Source: Flavobacterium sp. (lineage in GTDB: Bacteria; Bacteroidota; Bacteroidia; Flavobacteriales; Flavobacteriaceae). From it: a stretch of 64,000 nucleotides of DNA. Made by a program: the position numbers and the translations under genes. Shown here piece by piece: positions 9,701 through 18,470 of the stretch (positions are counted from its first letter, which is position 1; each line of letters opens with the position of its first letter). Location of the stretch: NCBI RefSeq assembly GCF_031422135.1, contig NZ_JANOQD010000014.1, positions 12,969 to 76,968 of the forward strand, given 5' to 3'. The notes beneath the pieces are model-generated. The model saw only the letters and a list, made by a program, of their open reading frames with translations. It did not search any database and was not told where the DNA came from.

Positions 9701-9966
9701 ATGGAAATTATTCAGCACTTTCTAATCCAGACATATTTCAGGTTTTTGGTAAAGATGACATCAAAGCCAATATAAAAGAAATTATTTATAATGCAATGAC
9801 ATCAAGATTAAGAGCAATAGACCATTTCCATATTTTATGGCCATTCCCTGGTAATGTAATAAAACTTTTGGATGACAATGAAGTTGTAGATGATTTTGAG
9901 AGTTTATTTCAAAGCTTTGAGATTTTTTTAAATATGTCAATGTTTGATTTGAAAACAAATAGCTAA
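6727..9966 (+). CDS. PD-(D/E)xK nuclease + STAND ATPase with long helical C-terminus (Avs-like antiphage candidate)
   Basis: N-terminal NAFIGYSYQ...KFDDI...FQIK; Walker A GKPGVGKS; Walker B VIIDGLDH; sensor IILSRP. Confidence 0.72.
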   Translation: MKNAFIGYSYQEQVTSLMLTKMDVERSIIQIEIEATVEHKFDDIKLNTEEAEYYFQIKDFDNISLNDLIVSENEISIARKVHKLSSSGTNVIFFKNIEITPNCMVLDIDAYKLKNIYIVSLNRLAIDQKIEELYKTDHLRKYIIDQFFSECLDIRKLLIKKSELPVLNVFKTYLIEPTVNLTIETLEIENILHIEGKPGVGKSHLVVNLENQYSNNIVYRFWVSNQDNERNERLQYNNFVLDFSKKLFNNLKPYTEIEIISKIKELEKTVIIDGLDHVENYNSKDLEAYIEFIDKLKESCKVIILSRPLQRELNWKKQLLGNWNQEQTKKVLNELYHIEEYTNIEKIYKISDGYPILVRYISEQYKLKGSVPDFQTFDTIDKYYEKLIDGQKGKLALSLFLCVRSYIMQSEIELFLESINSSFVIEFIKEHPYLFELRLNRISLFHDSFITYLRKINTNYKAIASNVNSIVYSSILIGNKRFLSRFRYFDFSIVDKKNVVKKYSSITEFRILMNGVIDFEAIQDFYSQIRETMPELSANDLEINDYYELSLILNMVYRDHLSTLNDFYFTYCKALLFNGFTIEDITSNRYLFGMMYYIETNDGSLILNLNSDSHYDTSSFYYDLQNDANEEISFFEKHRKPLLTSKIKDLLKDKSNWEYRKIITYIIEDLFIHDLSRKNFEDLYNSINHYVNGDEYKANSILENFIVDFGIEDYQARWILKEAYENLLALGYISDKNDYLNLTLKEYILNNKDVGSFNMRVEILNYIRLSLHHNKKIDLASISLFWTKYYQRKDHTLYSLYAALPIFEKKGCIEMYDSLSLIYKIQDVSEKGYRGLLADYILEKTPEVIEKILEYFHPSNLSISWFLLPSEYINVLPDLVYNLEKGTKIKYHRTSRKIPYDEIENLLDSNRLEQFRNDLTFYRYSIDIEEKNPAIKKLKSLKIPYQTYKDQNYSSKESSALSRLDQGILDDKNKEMILVKKLKSYEVAAFSDGNYSALSNPDIFQVFGKDDIKANIKEIIYNAMTSRLRAIDHFHILWPFPGNVIKLLDDNEVVDDFESLFQSFEIFLNMSMFDLKTNS

Positions 9967-10080
9967 TTGACACTTCTATTGGTCTAATCAAAAAGCATTA
10001 TTTTAGTATAATCTAAACACTGTCTATCATAAATATTGAAACATTTTTCAAAAGTTCATTATTTTATAAAAAAATAACAC

Positions 10081-10132
10081 TACTTTTGATTACCTTTCAA
10101 CGCAAGATAAACCCCAATTTTTAGGGTTTATC
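10081..10132 (+). promoter_or_regulatory. Promoter -7 element and inverted-repeat operator upstream of abiEi
   Basis: TACTTTTG (Bacteroidota TAnnTTTG) at 10081-10088; perfect 9-bp inverted repeat GATAAACCC(10106-10114)/GGGTTTATC(10124-10132) 15 bp before the ATG. Confidence 0.6.
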
Positions 10133-10147
10133 CTTAAACGATTAGTA

Positions 10148-10948
10148 ATGGCAAAAAGCACCTATATTTCAGAAAACACAACACAAAATCAAATAGATTT
10201 TATGTTAATGCTTGATGATAATGAGTTAGACATCTTTACTTTAGAGGAAATCAAATCAATTGCATCAAGAGAATTTGAAAACATAAACGAGATAGTAGAA
10301 AATCTAGTACATAAAAAACTACTATCACGTATAGAACGAGGTAAATATTGTAGATACAATTTCAGGGACGAAAACGTAATTGGCTGCAAATTAACCGAAG
10401 ATTCCGCAATCGCTTATTGGTCCGCATTAAACAAACACGGTCTTACGGAACAATTTCCAAATTCTATTTTTATACAAACCACAAAAAGAAAATCAGACAA
10501 AAGTGTTTTTGGTGTTTTCTATAAATTCATTCAAATTTCAAAATCAAAAATAGTTGGAATAGAAAAATTAGGATTTGGAAACCACAGCTACCAAATGACC
10601 GATGTTGAAAAAACCATTATTGATTGTTTTGATTTACCACAATATTCCGGTGGTTATGCCGAATTAATTCGGGCATTCAATCAAGCAAACCTCAACAGTG
10701 AGAAAATGATTGCGTATTGTAAAGCCACAAAAAACATTGCTATTACAAAACGAATAGGATATTTGGCTGAATTACTAAATAAAAAAGGGATGAAATCATT
10801 TATAAACTTCGCATTAAAAGAAGTCAACGAAAAATACAATCTCTTTGACCCATTTGGTATAGAAGAAGGCGAATTTGTAAACAAATGGCGATTGAGATTA
10901 AATATAAGCAGCGAAGAAATTTTAAACATCTGTAACAAGCAATATTAA
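10148..10948 (+). CDS. abiEi: Type IV TA antitoxin / transcriptional regulator, AbiEi family
   Basis: wHTH with LSRIERGKY; IAYWSALNKHGLTEQ; TDVEKTIIDCFDLPQYSGG; coupled to the nucleotidyltransferase toxin gene. Confidence 0.88.
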   Translation: MAKSTYISENTTQNQIDFMLMLDDNELDIFTLEEIKSIASREFENINEIVENLVHKKLLSRIERGKYCRYNFRDENVIGCKLTEDSAIAYWSALNKHGLTEQFPNSIFIQTTKRKSDKSVFGVFYKFIQISKSKIVGIEKLGFGNHSYQMTDVEKTIIDCFDLPQYSGGYAELIRAFNQANLNSEKMIAYCKATKNIAITKRIGYLAELLNKKGMKSFINFALKEVNEKYNLFDPFGIEEGEFVNKWRLRLNISSEEILNICNKQY

Positions 10949-11805
10949 TGATTTTACAAAAAGAAATAGCCACCATTTCCGAACAACTAGGCGTATCGAA
11001 ATCAGTTATTGATAAAGATTGGATGTTGGGGCACTTTATAGCAGCAATATTCAACGAACCGGAACTAAAGGAAACATTAATTTTCAAAGGAGGAACTTGT
11101 TTGAAGAAATGTTGGTTTGAAGAATATAGATTTTCAGAAGATTTGGATTTTACTTCAAAGTCACAGGAATTTGAATTTACACAGAATCATTTAAAATTTA
11201 TCACAAAACATATTGAAGATAATACTGAAGTAAAAACACACATTGTTTCATTAAAACTATTACGATTTCAAGACAGACTAACAGGATATGAAGCTATAAT
11301 TAAGTTTTGGGGTGCAGACCATCCAAAAAATATAATGCCTACAACTCCAGACCGATGGCAGACAAAAATTAAAATAGAAATAATTCTCTATGAAGAAATG
11401 ATTTTTGAAGTTACAGAACAAGCAGTTAGCCACCCCTATTCTGACAACCTAGCATTAGTAAACGCAATACCTTGTTACAAAATCGAAGAAGTTTTGGCCG
11501 AAAAAATTAGAGCCTTAATCCAACGTTCTTATACAGCGCCTCGAGATTACTATGACATTTGGTACTTATCGAATAATTTCCCGGATTTAAACTGGATAGT
11601 GATTGTTGAAGCTTTTTACAAGAAAATGAAATTCAAGAATATTGAATTCACTGGAATTGACCAATTAATCAATCCAAAAAGTGATAAAGCTTTAAAAGGA
11701 GCGTGGAAAAACAGTTTGGGTCATCAAATTCAACCTGATAAATTACCCGAATATGAAGTAGTCAGAGAAAACCTTTTACTATTATTTGAGAGTATTTTTA
11801 AATAA
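10948..11805 (+). CDS. abiEii: AbiEii/AbiGii nucleotidyltransferase toxin
   Basis: LIFKGGTCLKKC...YRFSEDLDF; EEVLAEKIRAL...RDYYDIWYL. Confidence 0.92.
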   Translation: MILQKEIATISEQLGVSKSVIDKDWMLGHFIAAIFNEPELKETLIFKGGTCLKKCWFEEYRFSEDLDFTSKSQEFEFTQNHLKFITKHIEDNTEVKTHIVSLKLLRFQDRLTGYEAIIKFWGADHPKNIMPTTPDRWQTKIKIEIILYEEMIFEVTEQAVSHPYSDNLALVNAIPCYKIEEVLAEKIRALIQRSYTAPRDYYDIWYLSNNFPDLNWIVIVEAFYKKMKFKNIEFTGIDQLINPKSDKALKGAWKNSLGHQIQPDKLPEYEVVRENLLLLFESIFK

Positions 11806-11813
11806 TTTTTAAT

Positions 11814-13961
11814 ATGATATTAGTAGCTATATACATAAAAGAACATAAGTTTTTATTTGATAATCAACCTCAAATATTAAATTTTGGAGGTAGGTATTTT
11901 TATGACTTTGAATTCATTACTGATAATGAAATAACCATTTACAGGAAAAAAAATGAAAAATACATAGACAATTTTTACTCAAATGAAATTATTGCAATAT
12001 CTGGAATAGTTGGAGCAAATGGTGTGGGTAAAACAACTCTATTAAAAATAATCCATAAAAGTTATCAAGAAGATACACCTGTAATTTTTGTATACGAGAA
12101 ATTAACTGATGAAGGTATAGAATATTATATTGACAATAGAATTGGTATTATAAATGAAAATGGAAGTATTATTGAGGAATCTAAACCTATTGTTAAATTC
12201 TTTGAAAACATTGAGTACAATAAATTTGATTTCAGTTCATATACCACACTTTACTATTCACCTATTTACGACAAAAGCATTTCAGAATTTTATTCAATTT
12301 TAAACCTTGAAACTAAACATTCTGAAAAAACATTGGAGGAAATATATAGTGACAGTATATTAAAAGAAGTGATCTTTTTAAATAGTAAAGTGAGTGATAA
12401 AATTAAAATAATCTATCCAGATTTTCCAAATTATGATAACATAATTATAAAACCTAAAAAACTTCACAAAAGAGATTTTACTAAGGTTTATATAGATTCA
12501 AATTTGGGAAATCCAAATAAAGGCGAAACATTAAAACATACTATTGAAAGGGATTTAAGTGTTAAAAATTTTCCAAATCCGGTAAACCTTTTAAATAGTT
12601 ATTTATCAATATTAAAAAGTGGAAATGTGACGGATGCTTTAAAGGATATTTGGGATTTACCACAATACAAAAATGATAATGAGCAAAAATCTCATTTAAT
12701 CCACAACTCAAATAACTTCATAAAGAATATAGAAATAAGTATTTTATCATATCTTCTTCTAAATGATACTTTTGCAATAACTGATTTATCGGGTTCGTTT
12801 GATTTTGAAAAAATTTTAAAATCAAAAAGTTTTGAAGAAACCTTAAATTATATATTGGCAAAGTATATAGTCCAAACGGATAAAGGATTTTATAATAATC
12901 CAGAAGAAATTAAGATTGATGAGTATGAAAAACTAATCCAAAAATGTGATACTCTATACAATAAATTTACAGTTTTGAGCGGACTAGATGCTAAAATTAT
13001 TAAGGAGAAAATTACTATTGATATTAATGGTATCAAAGCAATAAAAGATTTTTATGATTTGATTAATAAAAATCAACACTTAATCCAGAATAATGAAGAA
13101 TATTCATACTTGAATCTTAATGTTAAAAATCAAGATACACAAGAAATACTTTCTGAAACAATTAAAGCATATACAAGGGTTAAAACATATTTTTCAAACA
13201 TCCCAATCGCAACAATTGATTTTATTGAAATTGAAGCTGATAAGAAATTATCCTTCGGAGAAAAATCGCTTTTAAACTTGTATTCAACTTTATATGAATT
13301 TACATTAGGAAAAAATCATACAAGAGAAAGTGAAAATTATTTATTGATTCTTGATGAAGCTGATTTAGGTTATCATCCACTATGGAAACGAAAATACATT
13401 GATGCTTTAAATAGAACACTTCCAGAAATATTTAATACTCTAAATGCTAAAGTTTTTGATAACATTAAAAAGAAAAAAGTAAATTCTGAACAGAAAAAAC
13501 CAAAAGTTCAAATAATTTTCACAACTCACGACCCTTTGACGCTATCTGATTTACCAAATAGTTCAATTGTTTTTCTAAAAAAAGTTAACCTTTTTAGTAA
13601 AGTATTAAAAATAGATGATGCCGAAAGACCTACAAAAACTTTCGGAGCCAACATCAGTAATTTACTTTCAGATTCATTTTTCATTAATGATGGTTTAATA
13701 GGTGATTTTGTTAAAGATAAGATTGAGAAAGTCATAATTGAGCTCAATAAATTACTTGATTTAAAAAACAATAATGTATATATCTATATAACAGAAGATA
13801 AAAAAATATTAATCAAGCAAATAATTGAAATAATTGATGAACCTATCATTAAAATGAAATTGATAGATATGTATAATACAATTTTTGAGGTTTCAATAGA
13901 AAATGAGATCAATGATTTGGAGGAAAGATTAAAATATTTAAGAAATCTAAAAAGTAATTAA
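11814..13961 (+). CDS. ABC/AAA_21-type ATPase, Septu PtuA-like (copy 1)
   Basis: Walker A GANGVGKT; signature LSFGE; Walker B/D-loop LILDEADLGYHP; H-loop TTHDPLTLSD; C-terminal TFGANI..LL. Confidence 0.85.
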   Translation: MILVAIYIKEHKFLFDNQPQILNFGGRYFYDFEFITDNEITIYRKKNEKYIDNFYSNEIIAISGIVGANGVGKTTLLKIIHKSYQEDTPVIFVYEKLTDEGIEYYIDNRIGIINENGSIIEESKPIVKFFENIEYNKFDFSSYTTLYYSPIYDKSISEFYSILNLETKHSEKTLEEIYSDSILKEVIFLNSKVSDKIKIIYPDFPNYDNIIIKPKKLHKRDFTKVYIDSNLGNPNKGETLKHTIERDLSVKNFPNPVNLLNSYLSILKSGNVTDALKDIWDLPQYKNDNEQKSHLIHNSNNFIKNIEISILSYLLLNDTFAITDLSGSFDFEKILKSKSFEETLNYILAKYIVQTDKGFYNNPEEIKIDEYEKLIQKCDTLYNKFTVLSGLDAKIIKEKITIDINGIKAIKDFYDLINKNQHLIQNNEEYSYLNLNVKNQDTQEILSETIKAYTRVKTYFSNIPIATIDFIEIEADKKLSFGEKSLLNLYSTLYEFTLGKNHTRESENYLLILDEADLGYHPLWKRKYIDALNRTLPEIFNTLNAKVFDNIKKKKVNSEQKKPKVQIIFTTHDPLTLSDLPNSSIVFLKKVNLFSKVLKIDDAERPTKTFGANISNLLSDSFFINDGLIGDFVKDKIEKVIIELNKLLDLKNNNVYIYITEDKKILIKQIIEIIDEPIIKMKLIDMYNTIFEVSIENEINDLEERLKYLRNLKSN

Positions 13962-13962
13962 A

Positions 13963-15123
13963 ATGATTAGCATAAGAGAATGTATATCAGAATCAGAATT
14001 AATTTCTGTACGAAAAAAACATATAGATTTTGTATCTTTTGAGGTTGAAAAGAGAATTGATTTTTATATCAATCTATTTGAATATTTGTCTTATTTACAA
14101 TTACACCCAAAAACTAGAACGGAAACAATAAAAAGCAAAGTAAACAAAATAATTCATCATTCTCAATATGAACCATTTATTAAAATTATTTTAATCAATG
14201 AGAAAAAATTTGATTATAGTAATCTTAAAAGAATAATCAAATACAAACCTGGTGCTGGGAATTTAACTATTGTAATTAATAGACTAAAAAAGCTAAAGAA
14301 AATTAGTAAATCAATTTTAGAAATAGACTTTAGCTATGGTAGTTTAATAAAAAGAAGATATTATGAATCCAGAAAACTCTTTTTCGCTCCGATAGACTTT
14401 TTACTAAAAAAAATATTTGACTATGAAAATTGGTTTTTAAATCTTGAACCTAATGGAGTTTGGGGACCATATCAATTAACTGAAAAACTAGGATTAAAAG
14501 TATGTTCATATTGTAATCGACAATATACTTTTAGTCTTTCAAAGGGTAAAAATAAAATTACAAGACCAGAATTGGATCATTTTTTACCGAAGAGTGGAAA
14601 TCCTCTATTGGCACTAAGTTTTTTTAATTTAATTCCTTCGTGTACAATTTGTAACAGAGATTGTAAAGGTAAAATTAATTTTAATTATCAAACTCATTTT
14701 TCTCCTTATGAACAAAATCCAAAACACGAATTAATTAAGTATGATTATTATCCAAAAACATATTTAGGTTCTATTGGTGAAACTGAAGAGTTTAGAATAT
14801 TTGTAAAAAATGACGGAGCGAAGCTTGACCCAGTATTGAAAGCAAAAATAGATGGTAATACTAAAGTTTTTGAATTAAATAAAATTATTAATGAACATAA
14901 AGATATAGTTCAGGAAATAATAAAAAAAAGACATATCTCAAATGATAACTACATAGATACATTGCAAAAAACATTCCCAGAAGCTAAACTTACACTCGAA
15001 GAAGCTTATAGGTTAGCTTATGGTAATTTTTATGGAGAAAAAGATTTTAATAAAAGACCTTTAGCTAAATTGACTAAAGACATAGCAGTTTCAATAGGTT
15101 CATTAAAAAAATATTCGAAATAA
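13963..15123 (+). CDS. HNH endonuclease, Septu PtuB-like, with N-terminal extension
   Basis: CSYC...ELDHFLPKSGNPLLALSFFNLIPSCTICN (zinc-binding HNH). Confidence 0.85.
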   Translation: MISIRECISESELISVRKKHIDFVSFEVEKRIDFYINLFEYLSYLQLHPKTRTETIKSKVNKIIHHSQYEPFIKIILINEKKFDYSNLKRIIKYKPGAGNLTIVINRLKKLKKISKSILEIDFSYGSLIKRRYYESRKLFFAPIDFLLKKIFDYENWFLNLEPNGVWGPYQLTEKLGLKVCSYCNRQYTFSLSKGKNKITRPELDHFLPKSGNPLLALSFFNLIPSCTICNRDCKGKINFNYQTHFSPYEQNPKHELIKYDYYPKTYLGSIGETEEFRIFVKNDGAKLDPVLKAKIDGNTKVFELNKIINEHKDIVQEIIKKRHISNDNYIDTLQKTFPEAKLTLEEAYRLAYGNFYGEKDFNKRPLAKLTKDIAVSIGSLKKYSK

Positions 15124-15125
15124 TT

Positions 15126-17126
15126 ATGAGTTTCCAAGTAATAGCAATAAAACCGCTTAAAGGCTGTAATAAAAAATATTTAAAACTATTGAATCCGGAT
15201 TGTACATATTATCTATACAGAGAGTTTACCATAAATGAGAATGATGATGCAATAGCTCTGGAAAAGAAAATTCCTGAAGAATTATACAATGTTGAGAGCT
15301 TAAATAATGAAAAAATAAAAATTAGTATTTCTGCAATATCTGGAAAAAATGGTTCTGGAAAGAGCACTTTAATTGAACTTTTATTTTTGGCAATCAACAA
15401 CTTTTCCGTTAAATTTAATAAGAAAAACCAAAAAGCTGACCTTACTTATGTAAATGATATTAAAGTAGAATTCTATTTTAAAACATACTCACGACAAAAG
15501 AATGAAGATGTTAGTAAATATTATAAGATTAAAGTATATGACAATGAGGTAACAATTCATCGATACAAAAAAAGTAAAAACGAATATGTGCTAAATTCAG
15601 TGCCAATTTATGAGTATAAATATAAACTTCAAGATTTTTTCTACACAGTAACAATTAACCATTCTCATTATGCATATAATACCGAAGATTTAGGTGACTG
15701 GTTAAATGGATTATTTCATAAAAATGACGCCTATCAAACTCCATTAGTCTTAAATCCTATGAGAACTAAAGGTGATTTCAAAATTGGCACAGAAAATCAT
15801 CTAGTAAAATCTAGGTTAATAGCTAATTTAGTAAAACCTACAGCTAAATTTAATTTCAAAAAACTAACAGATAATCTTGAGGCAATTGAACTTGACATTT
15901 CATTAAACGATACTAAAAGAGATAAAATTATTTATGAATTACCAACGGATGATCCACAAATTAACGAAAAAATAAAACTTAAAGACCTTAGTTTTAATGA
16001 GGATTTAATTTTTAAAAAAATCAATAAATATTATAAATTTTCTAATGATGATAATGATAAAATAAAGTTAAGAATAGCTTTCGATTATTTAAAATACAAA
16101 TTGGTTAATATTTGTGTAACCTATTCAGATTATGGTTTATATTTTGATAAAAAAAAGAAAAAATTTAATGAAGAATTATTAGATGAATATTTTAAAGAGC
16201 TTTTTATAAATGATGAAAGCCACATAACATTTAAGTTAAAACAAACACTAAATTATATCAGATTTAGCAAAAATAATATTGAAATTAAAGAGCAAAGAGT
16301 TTCACTTAAAACAATATCAGATTTTATTTCAAGAATTAAAGAAAATAAAACATATAATAAAATTAATACAATAGAATTAATTCCACCTCCATTTTTTAAT
16401 ACGGATATAATTTTAAATTCAGATAAAAATGAAAAAATAGAATTCAAAACATTGAGCTCTGGAGAAAAGCAAAAAATTTATTCAATAAGTTCAATTCTTT
16501 ATCATTTAAGTAATTTAGATTCCGTTAAAAATACTCGAACAAAAACCGCCTATACTAATGTCAATATAGTTCTAGAAGAGATTGAGCTATACTTCCATCC
16601 CGAAATGCAACGGAATTTTATAAATGATATTTTAGATAGTATTTCTGGAATAGAGCTTTATAAAATCAAAGCAATCAATTTTTGTTTTGTTAGTCATTCA
16701 CCATTTATACTTTCAGATATTCCAAAAGAAAATATTATGTTTTTAGAAAATATAGATAATAAAGCGGTACAAATTTCAGATGATAAATCAACATTTGGGG
16801 CTAATATACACGATTTGCTAAAAGATGGATTCTTTATGAAAAAGGGTTCAATTGGAGAATTTGCAAAAAATAGGATTACAAAAACTATTCAATGGCTAAA
16901 TTTAATCCGTGAAGAGAATGAAAAATCTATTAAAAATAATTTTGAATTGCTATTAAAAGAAAAAGAATATCATAAAAATATTATTGAAATTATTGACGAG
17001 CCAATAATAAAAACAAAATTATTAGAAATGTATTCGGAAATTTTCGGAAATGATGAACGCAAAAAGCATCTTGAAAATGAGATTGAAAGATTAGAGAATG
17101 AATTGAAAGTATTAAAAAATAGATAA
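15126..17126 (+). CDS. ABC/AAA_21-type ATPase, Septu PtuA-like (copy 2)
   Basis: Walker A GKNGSGKS; signature LSSGE; Walker B IVLEEIELYFHP; H-loop SHSPFILSD; C-terminal TFGANIHDLL. Confidence 0.85.
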   Translation: MSFQVIAIKPLKGCNKKYLKLLNPDCTYYLYREFTINENDDAIALEKKIPEELYNVESLNNEKIKISISAISGKNGSGKSTLIELLFLAINNFSVKFNKKNQKADLTYVNDIKVEFYFKTYSRQKNEDVSKYYKIKVYDNEVTIHRYKKSKNEYVLNSVPIYEYKYKLQDFFYTVTINHSHYAYNTEDLGDWLNGLFHKNDAYQTPLVLNPMRTKGDFKIGTENHLVKSRLIANLVKPTAKFNFKKLTDNLEAIELDISLNDTKRDKIIYELPTDDPQINEKIKLKDLSFNEDLIFKKINKYYKFSNDDNDKIKLRIAFDYLKYKLVNICVTYSDYGLYFDKKKKKFNEELLDEYFKELFINDESHITFKLKQTLNYIRFSKNNIEIKEQRVSLKTISDFISRIKENKTYNKINTIELIPPPFFNTDIILNSDKNEKIEFKTLSSGEKQKIYSISSILYHLSNLDSVKNTRTKTAYTNVNIVLEEIELYFHPEMQRNFINDILDSISGIELYKIKAINFCFVSHSPFILSDIPKENIMFLENIDNKAVQISDDKSTFGANIHDLLKDGFFMKKGSIGEFAKNRITKTIQWLNLIREENEKSIKNNFELLLKEKEYHKNIIEIIDEPIIKTKLLEMYSEIFGNDERKKHLENEIERLENELKVLKNR

Positions 17127-17129
17127 ACA

Positions 17130-18470
17130 TTGAGCAATCCCATAAACACCAATTTTAATTTCATTAAAATTCTAAATGAAGAGAAAACATACAAGTTGTT
17201 ATTTCCCGAAAGGGAAATAGGTCTTGCTATTGTTTTGATTTATGAGAAAATTAATGATGGTGTTTTTGAAGATGAAAAATTTACTGAAAATGATCTACAC
17301 GAAGCTTTTGAAAATATCTATAAAACAAAGGAACGTTATCCAAAAGAGGTTTATAGCAGTCACATTATGGACTTGCAGGAATATTTTTTAGATTACAACC
17401 AGGAAACCCAAAAGTATTTTTTCAAAGACTATGCTTCTAAATTTTGTAAACACGCTAAAGAAACTCTTATAGGTGCTTTTAATCCAACACGAATCCAAGA
17501 GATTTGTTCATTTCTTTCAAATTCATTATTAGAATCAGAGGATTCAACAGATAAACTTAAATTTTGGCTTAAAGAAACTTTTAAAAAATTTGAACCTGAT
17601 TTAAGAGAACAAATCGATTTTTTAGACCGACAAATTACCGAGTCGATTGAATTACTTAAAAAAGGAACCGATTTTACCAATCAAAATTTCCTTAATATAC
17701 TAGTAGCAACGGATTTTAGTATGAACAAAGCCCAAAAACACGTTGCGGAATTACGTTCGGCTTATTCTGAGACCAAAACAATAAGAGGTTTATTAGAACA
17801 AAAACAAAATCAAGATAATGAAATAAATGAGTTGATTTCGGAAGTGTATTCTTTTGTAAAATACATTAATGATCGATTGAGTTCAATTGATCGCAAATTA
17901 GATAGAATTCAACCTAAAATTAGACAACTATTTTCAACATTAAGCAAACCTTTATTAAGTTCAAAGATTGAAAAGTTCATTCATTTGTTATTGGATAAAA
18001 GTACTTTAGAATCTAACAGTGGCAATAAATCAATAGTGTTTCCACACAATATTATTTCACCACAAATTCATATTCCAACGCCACATTTTACAATAATTGA
18101 CAAAGACCGAGAATTATTTCCTTCCAAACCAAAAGAAAGAAAACAATATATTCAGAACGAAAAAGTAATTGAGGAAAACATTAAGAAAGCTCAAGATAAA
18201 ATAAACGAAATAGACACTATTAGAAATTGGGAAAAATATATTTTATCAGAAATAGAACTAAAAGGGAGTATCAAATTATCAGAAGTCTTCTTTAAAATTA
18301 TTGAAGAAAGTAAAAGCAGTCAAATTGCTGTGAGCGTAACTTTTAACATTATTAAATATGTTTACAGTAATAAAGACAAATATAAATTGGAGATTGATAA
18401 AGAATTAGAAACGAATAGCGAATTTAAAAACATTGCATTATGGAAAATGAAAATAATAAAATTAGTTTAA
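17130..18470 (+). CDS. jetA: Wadjet JetA/MksF-like kleisin subunit (TTG start)
   Basis: 446-aa helical protein, first of a four-gene block before MksE-like, SMC and Toprim genes; assigned mainly by position. Confidence 0.65.
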   Translation: MSNPINTNFNFIKILNEEKTYKLLFPEREIGLAIVLIYEKINDGVFEDEKFTENDLHEAFENIYKTKERYPKEVYSSHIMDLQEYFLDYNQETQKYFFKDYASKFCKHAKETLIGAFNPTRIQEICSFLSNSLLESEDSTDKLKFWLKETFKKFEPDLREQIDFLDRQITESIELLKKGTDFTNQNFLNILVATDFSMNKAQKHVAELRSAYSETKTIRGLLEQKQNQDNEINELISEVYSFVKYINDRLSSIDRKLDRIQPKIRQLFSTLSKPLLSSKIEKFIHLLLDKSTLESNSGNKSIVFPHNIISPQIHIPTPHFTIIDKDRELFPSKPKERKQYIQNEKVIEENIKKAQDKINEIDTIRNWEKYILSEIELKGSIKLSEVFFKIIEESKSSQIAVSVTFNIIKYVYSNKDKYKLEIDKELETNSEFKNIALWKMKIIKLV

